NCBI RefSeq assembly: GCF_001017655.1
Contig: NZ_CP010904.1
Location: 1,170,001-1,202,000, forward strand
Length of the DNA: 32,000 nt
Source of the DNA: Kiritimatiella glycovorans
GTDB taxonomy: Bacteria; Verrucomicrobiota; Kiritimatiellia; Kiritimatiellales; Kiritimatiellaceae
Direction: 5' to 3'
Positions 1 through 9,668 of this stretch are shown here, in pieces (positions within the stretch are counted from its first letter, which is position 1; every line of letters starts with the position of its first letter). A model generated the notes under the pieces. That model searched no databases, was not told the DNA's origin, and saw nothing but the letters and a program-made list of their open reading frames with translations. A program made the position numbers and the translations under genes.

Positions 1-477
1 GCGCGCGCCGTGGGCATCGGCGCGGTCAAGTACGTCGATCTGAGCCAGAACCCGCAGAGCCTGGTCACGTTCACCTGGGACAAGGCGCTGGCGATGGACG
101 GCAACTCCGCCCCGTACCTGCAGTACGCTCATGCCCGCATCGCCAGCGTGCGCGACCGCTACCGGGAGCGTTTCCCGGAGGGTCGCTGCGACGATTGGCC
201 GATCCGGATTGAGGAGCCGGTCGAGCGGCGCCTCGCCGGTCTGCTCACCCGCTTCCCGGCCGCGGTCCTGGGCGCGGCGGAACAGTATCGGCCGAATATC
301 CTGGCCGACTATCTCTATAACCTCTCACAGGTCTACAGCAGCTTCTACCAGAACGTTCCATTCCTCAAAGCGGAGGAGGGCGTGCGCGAAAGCCGCGTGC
401 GTCTCTGCGACCTCGTGGCCCGCGTGCTCAAAACCGGCCTGGATCTGCTGGGGATCGAAGCGCCGGAGCGGATTTAG
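1..477 (+). CDS. argS: arginine--tRNA ligase, C-terminal anticodon-binding (DALR) part; 5' end lies outside the window
   Basis: Frame 1 is open from base 1 to TAG at 475-477. The translation (GAVKYVDLSQN...APYLQYAHARIASV...VRLCDLVARVLKTGLDLLGIEAPERI) matches the conserved ArgRS C-terminus. Confidence 0.9.
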   Translation, partial: ARAVGIGAVKYVDLSQNPQSLVTFTWDKALAMDGNSAPYLQYAHARIASVRDRYRERFPEGRCDDWPIRIEEPVERRLAGLLTRFPAAVLGAAEQYRPNILADYLYNLSQVYSSFYQNVPFLKAEEGVRESRVRLCDLVARVLKTGLDLLGIEAPERI

Positions 478-508
478 AAAAGATCGCCGCCACGATTCCA
501 GCCGTTCC

Positions 509-536
509 GCGAAAATCTGGCTCTTCGCAGATTTTT
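509..536 (+). terminator. possible weak intrinsic terminator after argS
   Basis: Short stem (gcgaa/ttcgc, or alternatively aaaatctg/cagatttt) followed by a T5 run at 532-536, about 30 nt after the argS stop. Confidence 0.3.
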
Positions 537-670
537 GCGGTGGAGCCGCTCCGCGGACCTGCGGGCCTACTACGAAAGTGAGAGAGAACGCACGATTTAT
601 TTGCCTGTGCTCTTCTCATTCGTCTTTGCGATTTCTGGGCAGGGCGCGATCTCCGAGCGCGCCGCTCTTT

Positions 671-957
671 TGCGGACGGCCCGGAGGTCCGTCCCTACCT
701 TCACATGAAGGACATGAAGGTTGGTTGAGGGGGGGTGAACATAATTCGTACTCGTACGCGTACTCGGAGCGCCGAAGGCGCGATCCCACTCCCCCGATTC
801 AAGGAATTCGAGTACGAGTACCGCTTCGCTGAGTACGAGTACGCGTACGTTGTGTGGCGAGCGGACTTGCCGCCGCTCACCATAAAAATCCACGAATAAC
901 CAAAAATCTACGATGAACCGTCTTACTCAGGTTTCAGCTTTCAGGTTTCTCACTCAT
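671..957 (+). repeat. mosaic intergenic repeat, copy A (full length)
   Basis: Shares ordered modules with 9427-9660, 19401-19451 and 26618-26695. These are the catgaagg tandem units, ggttgagg, ttcgtactcgtacgcgtactcggagcgccgaaggcgcgatccc, cccgattc, gagtacgagtac runs and a terminal ctcaggtttcag..caggtttctc module. Confidence 0.8.
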
Positions 958-974
958 CCTGATAGGGTGTCGGC

Positions 975-2045
975 ATGATGTCGGATGGGACCGGAACCTT
1001 TGAACGGAAACTCGGCGACGGGCGGGTCCAGTGCACGGTATGCCCGCATCACTGTTCTCTCCGGGAGGGGGAGCGGGGAAAATGCTTCGTCCGGCGACGC
1101 GAGGACGGTCATGTCGTCTGCACCACCTACGGGAAGTCGAGCGGCTTCTGTATTGATCCGGTGGAGAAGAAACCCCTCTATCACTTCCTGCCCGGGACGC
1201 CCGTGCTCTCCCTGGGCACGGCGGGCTGTAATCTCTCCTGCTCCTTCTGTCAGAACTGGCACCTGAGCCATTCGCGCCAGGTGGCGACGACCGCGGAGGA
1301 GGCCGCGCCCGAAGCCATCGCGCGAACGGCGGAGCGCCACGGCTGCCGCAGTGTGGCGTTCACCTACAATGAACCGGTCATCTATCTCGAGTACGCGGTC
1401 GATGCGGCACGGGCCTGCCGCGCGCGCGGCATCCGTACCGTGGCGGTCACGGCGGGATATATCTCGCCCGGGGCACGCAGAACCTTCTTCGCGCACATGG
1501 ACGCCGCGAACGTCGATCTCAAGGCGTTTTCCGAGGATTTCTACCGCCGTCTGTGCGGCGTACATCTCAAGCCGGTGCTCGATACGCTCGTGTATCTCAA
1601 ACACGAGACCGACGTCTGGCTGGAACTGACGACACTGCTCATTCCCGGTGAAAACGACCGCGACGAGGAACTCGACGCCATGACCCGCTGGGTGGTCTCG
1701 GAACTCGGTCCCGACGTTCCGCTGCACTTCTCGGCCTTTCATCCCGCCGGCGAGATGAATCATGTCGCCCCGACTTCGCTCGAAACGCTGGAACGCGCGC
1801 GCGGCATCGCTCGAGACAACGGCCTCCGCTTTGTCTACCTCGGAAATATCAGCACGGTCGAAGCGGGCCGCACCTACTGTCCGGGCTGCGGTGCGCGGCT
1901 CATCGACCGCCAGGGCTACCGGCTGCGGGGGTGGGGGCTCGACGAACAGGGCCGCTGCGCCTCCTGCGGGGTGGTCTGCCCGGGGGTCTTCGAATCCGGA
2001 CCCGGCATGTGGGGTCCCCGCTGCATGCCGGTCGAGGTGGGATAG
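975..2045 (+). CDS. AmmeMemoRadiSam-system radical SAM enzyme (pyruvate formate-lyase activase-like)
   Basis: 356-aa ORF with an N-terminal CTVCPHHCSLREGERGKC motif, a GCNLSCSFCQNW CxxxCxxC radical SAM motif and a C-terminal Cys cluster (CPGCG...CASCG). Confidence 0.85.
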   Translation: MMSDGTGTFERKLGDGRVQCTVCPHHCSLREGERGKCFVRRREDGHVVCTTYGKSSGFCIDPVEKKPLYHFLPGTPVLSLGTAGCNLSCSFCQNWHLSHSRQVATTAEEAAPEAIARTAERHGCRSVAFTYNEPVIYLEYAVDAARACRARGIRTVAVTAGYISPGARRTFFAHMDAANVDLKAFSEDFYRRLCGVHLKPVLDTLVYLKHETDVWLELTTLLIPGENDRDEELDAMTRWVVSELGPDVPLHFSAFHPAGEMNHVAPTSLETLERARGIARDNGLRFVYLGNISTVEAGRTYCPGCGARLIDRQGYRLRGWGLDEQGRCASCGVVCPGVFESGPGMWGPRCMPVEVG

Positions 2046-2073
2046 GGATGGCGCGAAGCCTCTGAAGTGCGGC

Positions 2074-2100
2074 GATCCTGCTGAACGGCAGGATCTTTTT
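2074..2100 (+). terminator. intrinsic terminator after the radical SAM gene
   Basis: 8-bp stem gatcctgc/gcaggatc (2074-2081 / 2088-2095), 6-nt loop, then T5 (2096-2100). Confidence 0.6.
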
Positions 2101-2104
2101 GAAA

Positions 2105-2123
2105 GCGCGGACGGTATCCGCGC
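2105..2123 (-). terminator. possible terminator hairpin after the LptF/G gene (minus strand)
   Basis: 7-bp GC-rich stem gcgcgga/tccgcgc with a 5-nt loop, 11 nt beyond the minus-strand stop. It is followed on the minus strand by tttcaaaaa. Confidence 0.4.
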
Positions 2124-2133
2124 ACGCCGGCGG

Positions 2134-3225
2134 CTATCTCATCCGGTAGACCAGCGCCGCCCCGATCACGAGAAAGATCAGCACCGGGGCGCCCGCGCCG
2201 GCGACGGGATCCAGGAGTTCCTTTTTAGCCAGTGCTTCGCCGGTGAGCTGGCACAGGTAGTAGCCGAAGAAGAACAGCAGCGTGGTCGCCACGCCGGCGA
2301 ACACCCCTTGGCGGCCGGTGTGAGCGCCTACGGGGATGCCCAGCAGAACGACGATCACACACACCCACGGCGTCGCCAGCCGGTGCATGAGGTCCGTCCG
2401 TTTGCGTGCGCGCACTTCGTCGGAGAGCTGAGGATTGCGCCGGAGGTAGTGTCTCAATTCCGCGGCGGACATGAACTCGGTGGGTTTGATCACGCTGAGA
2501 AAATCGCGGGGGTTTTCGGTGAGGCGGGTCATCTCCTTCTGCAGCGCGAATTCCGGCGCGCCTTTCAGGTTCCCGTCGGCATCGAACTCGCGCACGGTCA
2601 CATCCATGAACCACCAGCGGCCGTCGATCCACAGGGCGCGCTGCGTCTCGTATTCCGTGGCGGAGCCCCCCGGATGCTGCTGCGTCATGGTGACGCCGTG
2701 CATCGTATAGTCGCGCGTGTCGAACCGCTCGACAAACCAGTCGCGGTTGCGCCGGGGAAGCTTCAGGGGCAGGGCGGCGGCGAAGTAGACCTCGCTGCGC
2801 TCATCGGGATCGGACTCGTGATAGGCCATGAGCTGCTCCGCCCTCCAGGCTGCATCCGGCGCGTAGCGCTCGTTGATCAAAAACGTGGCGGCACTGGCGA
2901 CCAGACCCACCACCAGGTACGGTCCCGCCAGCCGGTAGATGCTGATGCCCGTCGCCCGCATCGCCGTGATCTCGTGGTGCCGGCTGAGGCGGGCCAGGCT
3001 GTAGAGCACCCCCAGCAAAAGGGCGGCGGGGATGATCAGCGTGAGAAACGAGGGAAGCTGCAGGGCGTAGTACCGGAACACCGCGACCGCGGGGAAATCG
3101 TGCTCGATAAAATCCGACGATTTGTCCACCATGTCGTAGATGACATAGAGCAGCGTGAAGCCCGTAAGGATACACCCGAGCGGAAGCAGCAGTTTTCCCA
3201 GGAGATAGCGATAGATCAGCTTCAT
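2134..3225 (-). CDS. LptF/LptG family LPS export permease (YjgP/YjgQ)
   Basis: 363-aa ORF. The N-terminus MKLIYRYLLGKLLLPL..., multiple TM segments and a central periplasmic domain are typical of the LptF/G family. Confidence 0.85.
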   Translation of the reverse strand: MKLIYRYLLGKLLLPLGCILTGFTLLYVIYDMVDKSSDFIEHDFPAVAVFRYYALQLPSFLTLIIPAALLLGVLYSLARLSRHHEITAMRATGISIYRLAGPYLVVGLVASAATFLINERYAPDAAWRAEQLMAYHESDPDERSEVYFAAALPLKLPRRNRDWFVERFDTRDYTMHGVTMTQQHPGGSATEYETQRALWIDGRWWFMDVTVREFDADGNLKGAPEFALQKEMTRLTENPRDFLSVIKPTEFMSAAELRHYLRRNPQLSDEVRARKRTDLMHRLATPWVCVIVVLLGIPVGAHTGRQGVFAGVATTLLFFFGYYLCQLTGEALAKKELLDPVAGAGAPVLIFLVIGAALVYRMR

Positions 3226-3255
3226 GGCCGCTCTACTTTAGACGGAGGAGGATGC

Positions 3256-4884
3256 ATGAGCAAGCGCACAGCCGACGGGGAGCATCGGACCTACGAGACC
3301 GGACTGCACCCCGACCCCTCGGTCACCCCTCCCGACGATGCCGTCATGATCCTCCTCGGCGCCTCCGGCGACCTGACCCGGCGAAAACTGGTGCCGGCGC
3401 TGTTTCAACTGTACCGCTCCGGCCTTATGCCCGGACGGTTTGCGATTATCGGCGTGGCGCGTCGTCCTTACGACGATCCAAGTTTCCGGGAACGCCTGCG
3501 CGAGGGGATCAGGGAACGGTGCGCTCCGCAGGACGAGGAGGACCGGTGTTCGGAGTTCCTCGAGCACGTGGAATACTTCCGCGGCGATCTCGAGGCGCCC
3601 GACACGTATGCGTCGCTGCGCGATCATCTCGACCGGGGCGGCGATCGCTATCCGTCCGGCCGACTGTTCTACTTTTCTCTCAAACCCGACCTCTTCATCG
3701 AAGCGGCGCACCACCTCCGGGAGCACGGTCTGATCGATTCCGATTCGGCGGCTCAGGCGGGGGAGGGCGCCTGGCGGAGGGCCGTCATCGAAAAGCCTTT
3801 CGGACACGACCTGGAATCCGCCCGCGCGCTGAACCGGGCGCTGCTCGAAGGGCTGGACGAGAAGCAGATCTTCCGGATCGATCATTATGTCGGCAAAGAG
3901 GCGGTACAGAACGTCATGGCCTTCCGGTTCGCCAACACGCTTTTTGAACCGGTGCTGAACCGGACGTGCGTCGACCACATTCAGCTCACCGCGGCGGAGG
4001 CGCTCGGGGTCGGCGGCGGACGCGGGGGGTATTATGACCGCTACGGCGCGATCCGCGACATGCTCTCCAATCACCTCCTCCAGCTGCTGGCCCTGCTGAC
4101 CATGGAGCCGCCCTCCGGGCTCGACTCCGATGCCATTCACAATGAGAAGACGAAAGTGCTGAAGGCCCTGCGCGTGGACTGGCGCGGCGACGCCTCGCCG
4201 GCCTTCTGCCGCGCCCAGTACGCGGCCGGCGTGATGGATGACGGAACCAGGGCGGTCGGGTATCGGGACGAGGATCGGGTCGACCGCGATTCCGAAACGG
4301 AGTCGTATGCCGCCGTGCGGCTGTCCATCGACAACTGGCGCTGGTCCGGCGTGCCCGTGTTCGTCCGGACCGGAAAGAGGATGAAACGCAAACTGACCGA
4401 AGTGGCGGTGCATTTTCGTCATCCGCCCTTAAAGCTTTTCCGCGGAGTGGAGTGTGAAGGGGCGCATTGCGACGTGCGGGGGGTGCAGCCGAACAAACTG
4501 ATCTTCCGCATCCAGCCGCAGGAGGGCATCTTTCTGAACATGGCCGTCAAACGCCCGACGCTGCCCTTTGTCGTGGAGCAGGCGGATATGGATTTCTCCT
4601 ACGCCGGCAAGTGGGGGCGTGAACTGCCGGAGGCCTACGAGCGCCTGCTGCTGGACGCCTTGCGGGGCGACACCACGCTCTTCACGCGGTCGGATGAAGT
4701 CGAGGCCGGCTGGTCGGTAGTCGAACCTGTACTCAAGGCCATGGACCGGACGCCGCTCTATTCCTATCCGGCCGGGTCCTGGGGGCCGGCCGAAGCGGAT
4801 CGCCTTTTCCAGTGTTCCGATCTCCCCGACGAATGCCTCTGCCGCAAGACGGGACTCGTGAGGGCATGGCATAACCCGCAGTAG
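3256..4884 (+). CDS. zwf: glucose-6-phosphate dehydrogenase
   Basis: In-frame ATG at 3256 preceded by ggaggagg. LLGASGDLTRRKLVPAL dinucleotide-binding motif, RIDHYVGKE active-site motif, conserved C-terminal half. The upstream part of the 1040-aa ORF is antisense to the Lpt gene. Confidence 0.93.
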   Translation: MSKRTADGEHRTYETGLHPDPSVTPPDDAVMILLGASGDLTRRKLVPALFQLYRSGLMPGRFAIIGVARRPYDDPSFRERLREGIRERCAPQDEEDRCSEFLEHVEYFRGDLEAPDTYASLRDHLDRGGDRYPSGRLFYFSLKPDLFIEAAHHLREHGLIDSDSAAQAGEGAWRRAVIEKPFGHDLESARALNRALLEGLDEKQIFRIDHYVGKEAVQNVMAFRFANTLFEPVLNRTCVDHIQLTAAEALGVGGGRGGYYDRYGAIRDMLSNHLLQLLALLTMEPPSGLDSDAIHNEKTKVLKALRVDWRGDASPAFCRAQYAAGVMDDGTRAVGYRDEDRVDRDSETESYAAVRLSIDNWRWSGVPVFVRTGKRMKRKLTEVAVHFRHPPLKLFRGVECEGAHCDVRGVQPNKLIFRIQPQEGIFLNMAVKRPTLPFVVEQADMDFSYAGKWGRELPEAYERLLLDALRGDTTLFTRSDEVEAGWSVVEPVLKAMDRTPLYSYPAGSWGPAEADRLFQCSDLPDECLCRKTGLVRAWHNPQ

Positions 4885-4889
4885 CGCCC

Positions 4890-5731
4890 CTACTTCAAGC
4901 CGAATTCACGCAGTGCGGCCTCGAAGTCTTCCGGGATCGGGGCGCTGGTGCGCACCTCATTTCCGAGGCGGGGGTGAGGGAAGGACAGGCGGTAGGCGTG
5001 CAGCATCTGGCGCGGGAGCAGCGCCAGACGGTCGTCCGGGAACACATGGGCCGGGCAGGATTTGTCCCCGGCGACGGGATGTCCCTCACGACTCAGGTGC
5101 CGCCGGATCTGGTGGGTGCGTCCGGTCAGAATCCGGATTTCAAGGTAGCTCGCGCTGCGGTTCGCGTCCAGCCGGCGCAGATCCGTCAGGGCCTCCTGTC
5201 CGTCGACCGTACTCCGGATGCGGTCCTCCTTCCGGGGCCACCGCCCGGCGGCGATCGCCCGGTAGATTTTGGTCACGCGCCGGTCGCGAAACAGATCGAT
5301 CGCCGCGCGCCGCGCTTCCGGATGTTTCGCGAAAAGCACACACCCCGTAGTGTCCCGGTCGAGCCGGTGCACCGCACGGAGGCTTTGTGCGCCCGACCGC
5401 CGACGCAGGAGCGCCTCCAGCGATGAGGGATCGCTCTCGGTCAACAGACCCGCGGATTTGTCGGCGACGAGATAATCCTCATCCTCGAACAGTACGCGAA
5501 CGCCCCCCGCGGAAGGAGCGGGTTCGTGTACGGGTTTTTCGAGCGAGACGTCGACCACGTCCCCGGGATTGAGTTCGTGTTTCGCCATCCAGGTGCGACG
5601 CCGGTTCACGAACACGTTGCGGCGGTCCAGCAGGGCCTTGGCCTTCTTTTTCGAGAGGCCGAGCTGGCGCGCGAGGTAGTCGACGAGCGCAAGACGCCGC
5701 TCGCCGGGTTTCACATGGAGGGTGCGCGTTT

Positions 5732-5735
<4 letters not shown>
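4890..5735 (-). CDS. RluA-family pseudouridine synthase with S4-like N-terminus
   Basis: [15 protein letters not shown] catalytic motif. The start is uncertain: TTG at 5735 directly after the icd stop, or GTG at 5714. More upstream starts would overlap icd. Confidence 0.8.
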
Positions 5736-7000
<1,265 letters not shown>

Positions 7001-7116
7001 GAACACGTCTCCTCACGTTTGGTTCGGCACTTTTATTCGTCATCGATAAGCCCATCATATTCTCCGTCCGGAAGAGGAATGTCAACCGCGACCCGTCGTT
7101 CGCCAGCAGTTCTCAT

Positions 7117-7248
7117 TATGGCCGCATTCCGACCGCGGACGGCGTGGCAGCCGTCCCTCCCGATTCGATATCCGACGCCTTTTTGGGCATTGGGAGGGTC
7201 GGGTGCCACCCCGACCGAAAAGGGTGAAGCCATAATGAGAATCGCTGG
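7117..7248. ncRNA. candidate structured RNA or mosaic element (multi-stem structure closed by a 13-bp stem)
   Basis: Perfect 13-bp inverted repeat ttctcattatggc/gccataatgagaa (7117-7129 / 7236-7248) encloses three hairpins: gacggc/gccgtc, ccctccc/gggaggg and gtcggg/cccgac. The strand is undetermined. Confidence 0.35.
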
Positions 7249-7332
7249 TCGTTCGCGAGTCCTCCGCAGACAGGGTTCCGCAGCCTTCGCGTTGTCTCAG
7301 CCGGCATGATCTGACACACTGGCCGCAACGTT

Positions 7333-8310
7333 GTGATGGGAATGCGAAAGACCAACCTGGCCGGTTCGCTGATACTGCTGCTCGCCGGCGCGCCGCTGGT
7401 CGGCGCGTGGGCGGCGCCGCATGTCTATGCGTTTCTGCAGCGCTGGGCCCCGGAGGGTACGGTCTGGGATGCGGATTTCGACCGCGTCGTCTCCCGCTGC
7501 ATCATGGGGTTCGCCCTTCTGCTGCTGGTGCCCTGTACGCGCATGGCCGGCTTCAGACGACCGGCGGATTTCGGGCTGGCCGCAAACCGGGAGCGGGCGC
7601 GGAGGAACGTCGCGACGGGGGCGGCGGCCGGCGCCGTGAGCATGATGGCCCTTTACGGGCTCGGCCTCGCGGCGGGGGCGTTCGTGATTGCATCGTCGGC
7701 GCTTTCTCCGGCCGGGTGGGTCGTGCATGCCGCTGAAATCGCGGCCGGGGCGATGCTGGTCGGCATACTGGAAGAGTTTCTGTTCCGGGGGTACCTGTAC
7801 GGCGCCCTCCGGTCGATGGTCGGGATGAGGGCCGCGGTCATCTCCGCGGCCCTGATCTTCGCCGCCGTGCATTTCATCCGACCCGGGGAGGATGCGTCGG
7901 GCGGGTGGGGTGTGCTGTCCACTCTTTTCGGAGGCGTCGAAGACACGTTCGCGGCGGAGTTTACCACGCTCCTCCTGATGGGGGCCCTGCTGAGCCTCCT
8001 GTACGAGCTGACCGGCAGCTTGTACGCGGGTATCGGGCTTCATGCCGGATGGGTCTGCGCGATGCGGGTTTCAAAGACCCTGCTCGACCACGGGAGCGGG
8101 GACGGAGGATTCTGGTTCGGGCCCAGCGAGTGGCTGTCGAAAGACGCGGCGGGCGTCGCGGCGGCCGCCCTGTTTCTCGCCGCCCTGCTGGGCTTCCGCC
8201 TGTGGGCCGCCGCGCCTCTGCGACAGCGGGTCCGCGCGCGAGTGCCCGCCGGAATTTACAGTGAAGACCTCAGCGATCCGGGAACAGGGGAGGGCGAAAA
8301 TGATCTATAA
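7333..8310 (+). CDS. CPBP (CAAX/Abi) family intramembrane glutamic endopeptidase
   Basis: Polytopic membrane protein with EEFLFRGYLY and FAAVHF motifs. The start is ambiguous (GTG 7333, ATG 7336 or ATG 7342). Confidence 0.8.
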   Translation: MMGMRKTNLAGSLILLLAGAPLVGAWAAPHVYAFLQRWAPEGTVWDADFDRVVSRCIMGFALLLLVPCTRMAGFRRPADFGLAANRERARRNVATGAAAGAVSMMALYGLGLAAGAFVIASSALSPAGWVVHAAEIAAGAMLVGILEEFLFRGYLYGALRSMVGMRAAVISAALIFAAVHFIRPGEDASGGWGVLSTLFGGVEDTFAAEFTTLLLMGALLSLLYELTGSLYAGIGLHAGWVCAMRVSKTLLDHGSGDGGFWFGPSEWLSKDAAGVAAAALFLAALLGFRLWAAAPLRQRVRARVPAGIYSEDLSDPGTGEGENDL

Positions 8311-9391
8311 AACCTATGGAAACACCGGGAAGCGGATCTCCGTGCTCGCCGCGGGCGGGATGCGTCATGCCGTACCGGAAGATACCGAACGTTCGGCTGA
8401 AACGCTGCTGCGCGCCTATCAAGCCGGCGTGAACTATTTCGACACGGCCCCGGGCTACTGCGAAGACCGCAGCGAAACCATCACCGGACGCGCATTGCGT
8501 CAAATGAAGCCCGGCACTTATCACGTCGCCACCAAGAGCATGAAAAGCGACGGTTCGGAACTGCGCGAACAGCTCGAACGGTCGCTCGAACGACTGGGTG
8601 TCGACCGGATCGACTTCTTTCATATCTGGTGCCTGCTCGACCGGGAAAAATGGATCGAGCGCAAGCGCGGCAGAGCCGTGGACGCGGCCCTGCGCGCCAG
8701 AGAAGAGGGACTGATCGAGCACCTGTGCTTCTCCACGCACATGGGCCATCACGAAGCGGACGAGGTCATCGAAGAGGGAATCTTCGACGGGGTCCTGCTG
8801 GGCTACAACGCGCTCAATTTTCCGCTGAGAGAAGCCACGGTCCGCAAAGCGCAGGAGCGCGGTATGGGCGTGATGGCGATGAATCCGCTGGCGGGCGGAC
8901 TGATTCCGGAGCATCCGGAATCGTTCGATTTTCTGCGCGATGGAGCGGACCCCGATGTGGTGACAGCGGCGCTGAGGTTCGTCTGTTCCGCGCCCGGGAT
9001 CACGGGGGCGCTCGTCGGCTTCAGGGGGGCGGACGACGTGGATACCGCCGCGGCGGCGCTTGAGGATTTCCGTCCATATTCACAGGAGCACATGGACCGG
9101 CTGAAGGAGCGCATCCGCGATCGCTTCGAGGGGTTCTGCACGGGATGCGGCTACTGTCTTCCGTGCCCCTCCGGGGTGCCGATCCCCAAGCTGATGGACG
9201 CCGCCAACGTCCTTCAGCTCGAGAACCGTCCGGGAAAGGTGGTTCAGCGCCTGAGGATGCACTGGGGCCTCTCGCCGGAAGAGGCGGGGAAGTGCACACA
9301 GTGCGGTCAGTGTGAGCAGGCCTGTACCCAGCACCTGCCGATCATCGAACGGTTGAACGAGGTGGCGGATTTGAGTGAGAGCACTGAGTGA
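8300..9391 (+). CDS. aldo/keto reductase fused to a C-terminal 4Fe-4S ferredoxin-like domain
   Basis: MIYKTYGNTGKRISVLAAGGM...YFDTAPGY AKR N-terminus. C-terminal CTGCGYCLPCP and CTQCGQCEQAC clusters. The ATG at 8300 overlaps the CPBP stop by 11 nt. Confidence 0.85.
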   Translation: MIYKTYGNTGKRISVLAAGGMRHAVPEDTERSAETLLRAYQAGVNYFDTAPGYCEDRSETITGRALRQMKPGTYHVATKSMKSDGSELREQLERSLERLGVDRIDFFHIWCLLDREKWIERKRGRAVDAALRAREEGLIEHLCFSTHMGHHEADEVIEEGIFDGVLLGYNALNFPLREATVRKAQERGMGVMAMNPLAGGLIPEHPESFDFLRDGADPDVVTAALRFVCSAPGITGALVGFRGADDVDTAAAALEDFRPYSQEHMDRLKERIRDRFEGFCTGCGYCLPCPSGVPIPKLMDAANVLQLENRPGKVVQRLRMHWGLSPEEAGKCTQCGQCEQACTQHLPIIERLNEVADLSESTE

Positions 9392-9426
9392 GTCTTGCGT
9401 CAAAATCGCGATCGTGGGGAGAGGAT

Positions 9427-9660
9427 GGGATTTACCATGAAGGACATGAAGAGCACGCAGGTGGGTTGAGGCGGGTGTACCTAATTGGTTTTCGTACTCG
9501 TACGCGTACTCGGAGCGCCGAAGGCGCGATCCCGAGCCCCCGATTCGAGGAAATCGGGTACGGGTACGTTATGACGCGAGCGGATTTCCGGTCCAGCCGC
9601 CAGGGCCCCGGTGGTTCCTGATTTCTTGCTCAGGTTTCAGGCATCAGGTTTCTCGCTCAG
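9427..9660 (+). repeat. mosaic intergenic repeat, copy B (full length)
   Basis: Collinear with copy A, including an identical 43-nt block ttcgtactcgtacgcgtactcggagcgccgaaggcgcgatccc and the terminal ctcaggtttcag...caggtttctc module (27 of 31 identical). Confidence 0.8.
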
Positions 9661-9668
9661 CCTTATTC

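Noticed and set aside
131-832. ORFs running through the intergenic repeats (131..832, 597..893, 701..883, 9388..9621)
   Set aside because: The reading frame is not conserved between repeat copies A and B: the same DNA block is read as YSYAYSERRRRD in one and RTRTRTRSAEGA in the other. 131..832 also overlaps argS out of frame.
745-851. GTAC-hexamer runs (gtactc/gtacgc/gagtac) considered as a CRISPR array or microsatellite
   Set aside because: The units are 6 nt with no spacers of CRISPR size. They are part of the dispersed mosaic repeat, and no cas genes are present.
1762-3255. N-terminal 498 codons of the 1040-aa plus-strand ORF 1762..4884
   Set aside because: This part is antisense to the well-supported LptF/G gene and has Arg/Ala/Gly-rich composition typical of spurious frames in high-GC DNA. 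Recognisable G6PD sequence begins only at the ATG at 3256, which has a Shine-Dalgarno sequence.
7117-7248. Assignment of the multi-stem element to a specific known riboswitch class
   Set aside because: I could not match its loops or junctions to any riboswitch consensus I can recall. It also shares modules with the dispersed repeat, so only 'candidate structured element' is supportable.
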